Shown here: piece by piece, positions 62,188 to 64,000 of the stretch
Layout of the letters: each line of letters begins with the position of its first letter
Position numbering within the stretch: position 1 is the first letter of the stretch
Assembly (NCBI GenBank): GCA_021787335.1
Contig: JAJYMC010000054.1
Coordinates: 26,572 to 90,571, forward strand
Reading direction: 5' to 3'
Source of the DNA: Bacillota bacterium
Lineage (GTDB): Bacteria > Bacillota > Sulfobacillia > JAJYWN01 > JAJZPE01
DNA length: 64,000 nt
Position numbers and translations under genes: made by a program
Notes under the pieces: generated by a model
Told to the model about the DNA's origin: nothing
What the model saw: only the letters and a program-made list of their open reading frames with translations
The model's database searches: none

Positions 62188-63396
62188 TCAGTCGCTTCGC
62201 CCGGAGGCGGCGACCGGCCAGCGATCTGTCACCCGGTCCCCCTCGATGACGGCGAGGGCCCTCGCCAGGTTGGCGACAACGCAGGCGTGATTGGGGATGA
62301 TCTCGACCGTATCGCCGAGCCGCGGGAGGGGGCTGCCGGCGGTGTCCGGGGCCGTGATGGCCACCCCATGCTCTTCCGACAACCGTTCCAGACGGAGACC
62401 CGGCCAGCCAAGGATCCGTCCGAATCCCTGAACGACTGATGTGCCATGGGCGCCGCGGTCGAGACCCAGAGTCTTGCTGCCGGCGTCGAGGACCACGCGG
62501 TCTGCCGCCGGTCGAGAGATGACGGTGGCCAGGACCCTGAGGGAACAGCGTGCCTCGGGCACAACCCCGAGTCCGACCTGGATGGCATCGTGGAAGACGT
62601 AGTTGCCGGGTCGGATCTCTGTCACGCCGGTCACCGCCCCCGCGGTCTTGGCCGTTGGGGTCGAACCCACGCTGACCTCGTCTACCGGCAGTCCTTCCGA
62701 CCTCAGGATTTCAGCTATGCTGACCATCAGCGTGCCCTCATGGCGGCCGATCTCCGCCACCTCGCTCGGCGAGGATGCGCCATAGACTTGACCAGCGTGG
62801 GTGAAGATCCCCCTGAGCTCCAAGTGGGCGAAGGTGGCCACAAGCCTGGCGAGTTCGAGAGCGGCACCGGCATCCGGGACCCCGCAGCGGTGCAGGCCGG
62901 CATCGACCTCGATGAGGACCCCAAGCTTCGTCCCTGTGGCCCGCGCGGACCGATCGAGGAGGGGCAGGTTGGCCGCGTTGTCGACGGCCACCGCCAGGCG
63001 GGTCTTTGGAGAGAGGGCCAGGAGCCGGTCGACTTTTGTCGGAGTGACGATCTCATTGGCGACGAAGATGTCACGGACCCCGGCAGCGGCCATCACCTCA
63101 GCTTCGCCGATCTTTGCCACGGTGATGCCGACTGCACCGGCGTCTATTTGCCGCCTGGCGATGTCCGGTGACTTGTGAGCCTTCACATGGGGGCGTAGCT
63201 TGAGGTGATGGTCGGCGGCAAACCGCGCCATTTCAGCGATATTCGTGTCGAGGACATGTCGGTCGATGACGACCGCTGGGGTGTCAAGGTCGTCCTTCCT
63301 GGTGGCAGGTCGCACTGTTCGGTCCTTCCTTTCGAGGTGGAGAGGGTGTTCAACGTTTTGGACGGCAAATGTCTTCGGACGGATGGCCATAGACAA
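62188..63396 (-). CDS. DSD1-family PLP-dependent enzyme (alanine-racemase-like fold; D-serine dehydratase / D-threonine aldolase type)
   Basis: PLP-lysine context RPHVKAHKSP. Start probably internal to the 402-aa track ORF. Confidence 0.65.
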   Translation of the reverse strand: MSMAIRPKTFAVQNVEHPLHLERKDRTVRPATRKDDLDTPAVVIDRHVLDTNIAEMARFAADHHLKLRPHVKAHKSPDIARRQIDAGAVGITVAKIGEAEVMAAAGVRDIFVANEIVTPTKVDRLLALSPKTRLAVAVDNAANLPLLDRSARATGTKLGVLIEVDAGLHRCGVPDAGAALELARLVATFAHLELRGIFTHAGQVYGASSPSEVAEIGRHEGTLMVSIAEILRSEGLPVDEVSVGSTPTAKTAGAVTGVTEIRPGNYVFHDAIQVGLGVVPEARCSLRVLATVISRPAADRVVLDAGSKTLGLDRGAHGTSVVQGFGRILGWPGLRLERLSEEHGVAITAPDTAGSPLPRLGDTVEIIPNHACVVANLARALAVIEGDRVTDRWPVAASGRSD

Positions 63397-63469
63397 GAGT
63401 AGCCGCCAGGGTCTGGTGGCGGCTGCTCGTATTATTCCCCTCTAATCGGCAGTGTCTTGTGTCTTGTGC

Positions 63470-64000
63470 TCAGGTCGGGAAGTCTTTGGCCGCTGCCGCC
63501 CGGTTGTCAGGTATAACTCGACGCCCGAGGACCAGGTCGAGAATCCGTTCTAAGTCTTCCCGGCTGTAATACTCGACCTCGATTCGGCCCTTGACCTTCC
63601 CTCTGTTCTGTCTGACGTGCACCTGAGTGCCAAAAGCGCGCCTGAGGTTCTCCTCGACTTCCTTGAGGGCGGGTTCCAGGGTGGTCGCCGAGTGCCCTTT
63701 GGGGGGCTTCAGTTTCGTGAGCTCCTTGGCCAGCTGCTCGGCTTGCCTTACCGACAGGTGCCTGGCTTTGATCGCCTCAGCGAGCCGGTCCCTAAGCTCG
63801 TCCCGGTCGAGCGAGAGGATGGCCCGTGCGTGTCCCGCCGAGATTGTTCCACGTGAAACATCCTCGCGAATCCCTTCCGGAAGGCTCAGCAGGCGTAGCG
63901 AGTTGGCCACCGCCGGTCGGCTCCTCCCCACCCTCTTTGCCACATCTTCCTGGGTGAGGTTGAACTCCTCCATCAGCCGTCTAAAGGCGTCCGCCTCTTC
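63470..64000 (-). CDS. parB: chromosome partitioning protein ParB/Spo0J (C-terminal part; N-terminus beyond window end)
   Basis: HTH region NLTQEDVAKRVGRSRPAVANSLRLLSLP and a C-terminal dimerisation domain. Confidence 0.85.
   Translation of the reverse strand, partial: EEADAFRRLMEEFNLTQEDVAKRVGRSRPAVANSLRLLSLPEGIREDVSRGTISAGHARAILSLDRDELRDRLAEAIKARHLSVRQAEQLAKELTKLKPPKGHSATTLEPALKEVEENLRRAFGTQVHVRQNRGKVKGRIEVEYYSREDLERILDLVLGRRVIPDNRAAAAKDFPT

Noticed and set aside
1-64000. Searched for CRISPR arrays, IS elements or transposases, integrases, phage genes and rRNA
   Set aside because: No regularly spaced direct repeats, no DDE or tyrosine-recombinase-like proteins, and no rRNA-like conserved stretches were seen. 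The only repeats are short in-gene tandem codon repeats.

Overview
The window is a 64 kb, roughly 68-70% GC bacterial chromosomal segment, densely coded and read mostly from the minus strand. The gene content looks like the origin-proximal region of a high-GC endospore-forming Firmicute. Genes present include parB/spo0J (partial at the 3' edge), yyaC, rpsF-ssb-rpsR, a yybS-like gene, rplI, a LonC-type sporulation Lon protease, dnaB, purA, murA, atpI/atpB/atpE, a GerM-CapA fusion, several LysM/M23 peptidases and a bactofilin. I called about 60 CDSs, two tRNAs (tRNA-Thr CGT and tRNA-Gly CCC, both on the minus strand) and one pseudogene, and I saw no rRNA, CRISPR array, transposase or integrase. 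The most notable item is a RiPP locus that the 60-aa ORF track cannot see. It is a 53-aa six-cysteine SCIFF (ranthipeptide) precursor at 13331-13492 (-), sitting directly upstream of its radical SAM/SPASM maturase at 11819-13222. The precursor has its own extended -10 promoter, and a terminator/attenuator lies between precursor and maturase. Other points of interest are listed below.
- A YjjI/YjjW-type glycyl-radical enzyme pair of unknown function, divergent from a marR-ABC exporter operon with a clear operator palindrome.
- A MerR-HTH/GNAT fusion whose promoter spacer contains a perfect 9-bp inverted repeat.
- A leader terminator (candidate attenuator) plus a PurBox-like CCGAAC palindrome in front of an FAD-dehydrogenase-purA operon.
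- A NUDIX gene interrupted by an in-frame TAA.
- A 1504-aa multi-GAF/PAS protein carrying both HD-GYP and GGDEF domains.
- Ribosomal protein S18 with an N-terminal extension encoded by 15-bp tandem repeats, and an AtpZ-like protein with a C-terminal tail encoded by 21-bp tandem repeats.
- Two orphan proteins I cannot assign: 33141-34256 (+) and the tRNA-flanked 27628-28134 (-).
Many long ORFs in the six-frame track are antisense artefacts of the high GC content, and I rejected them.
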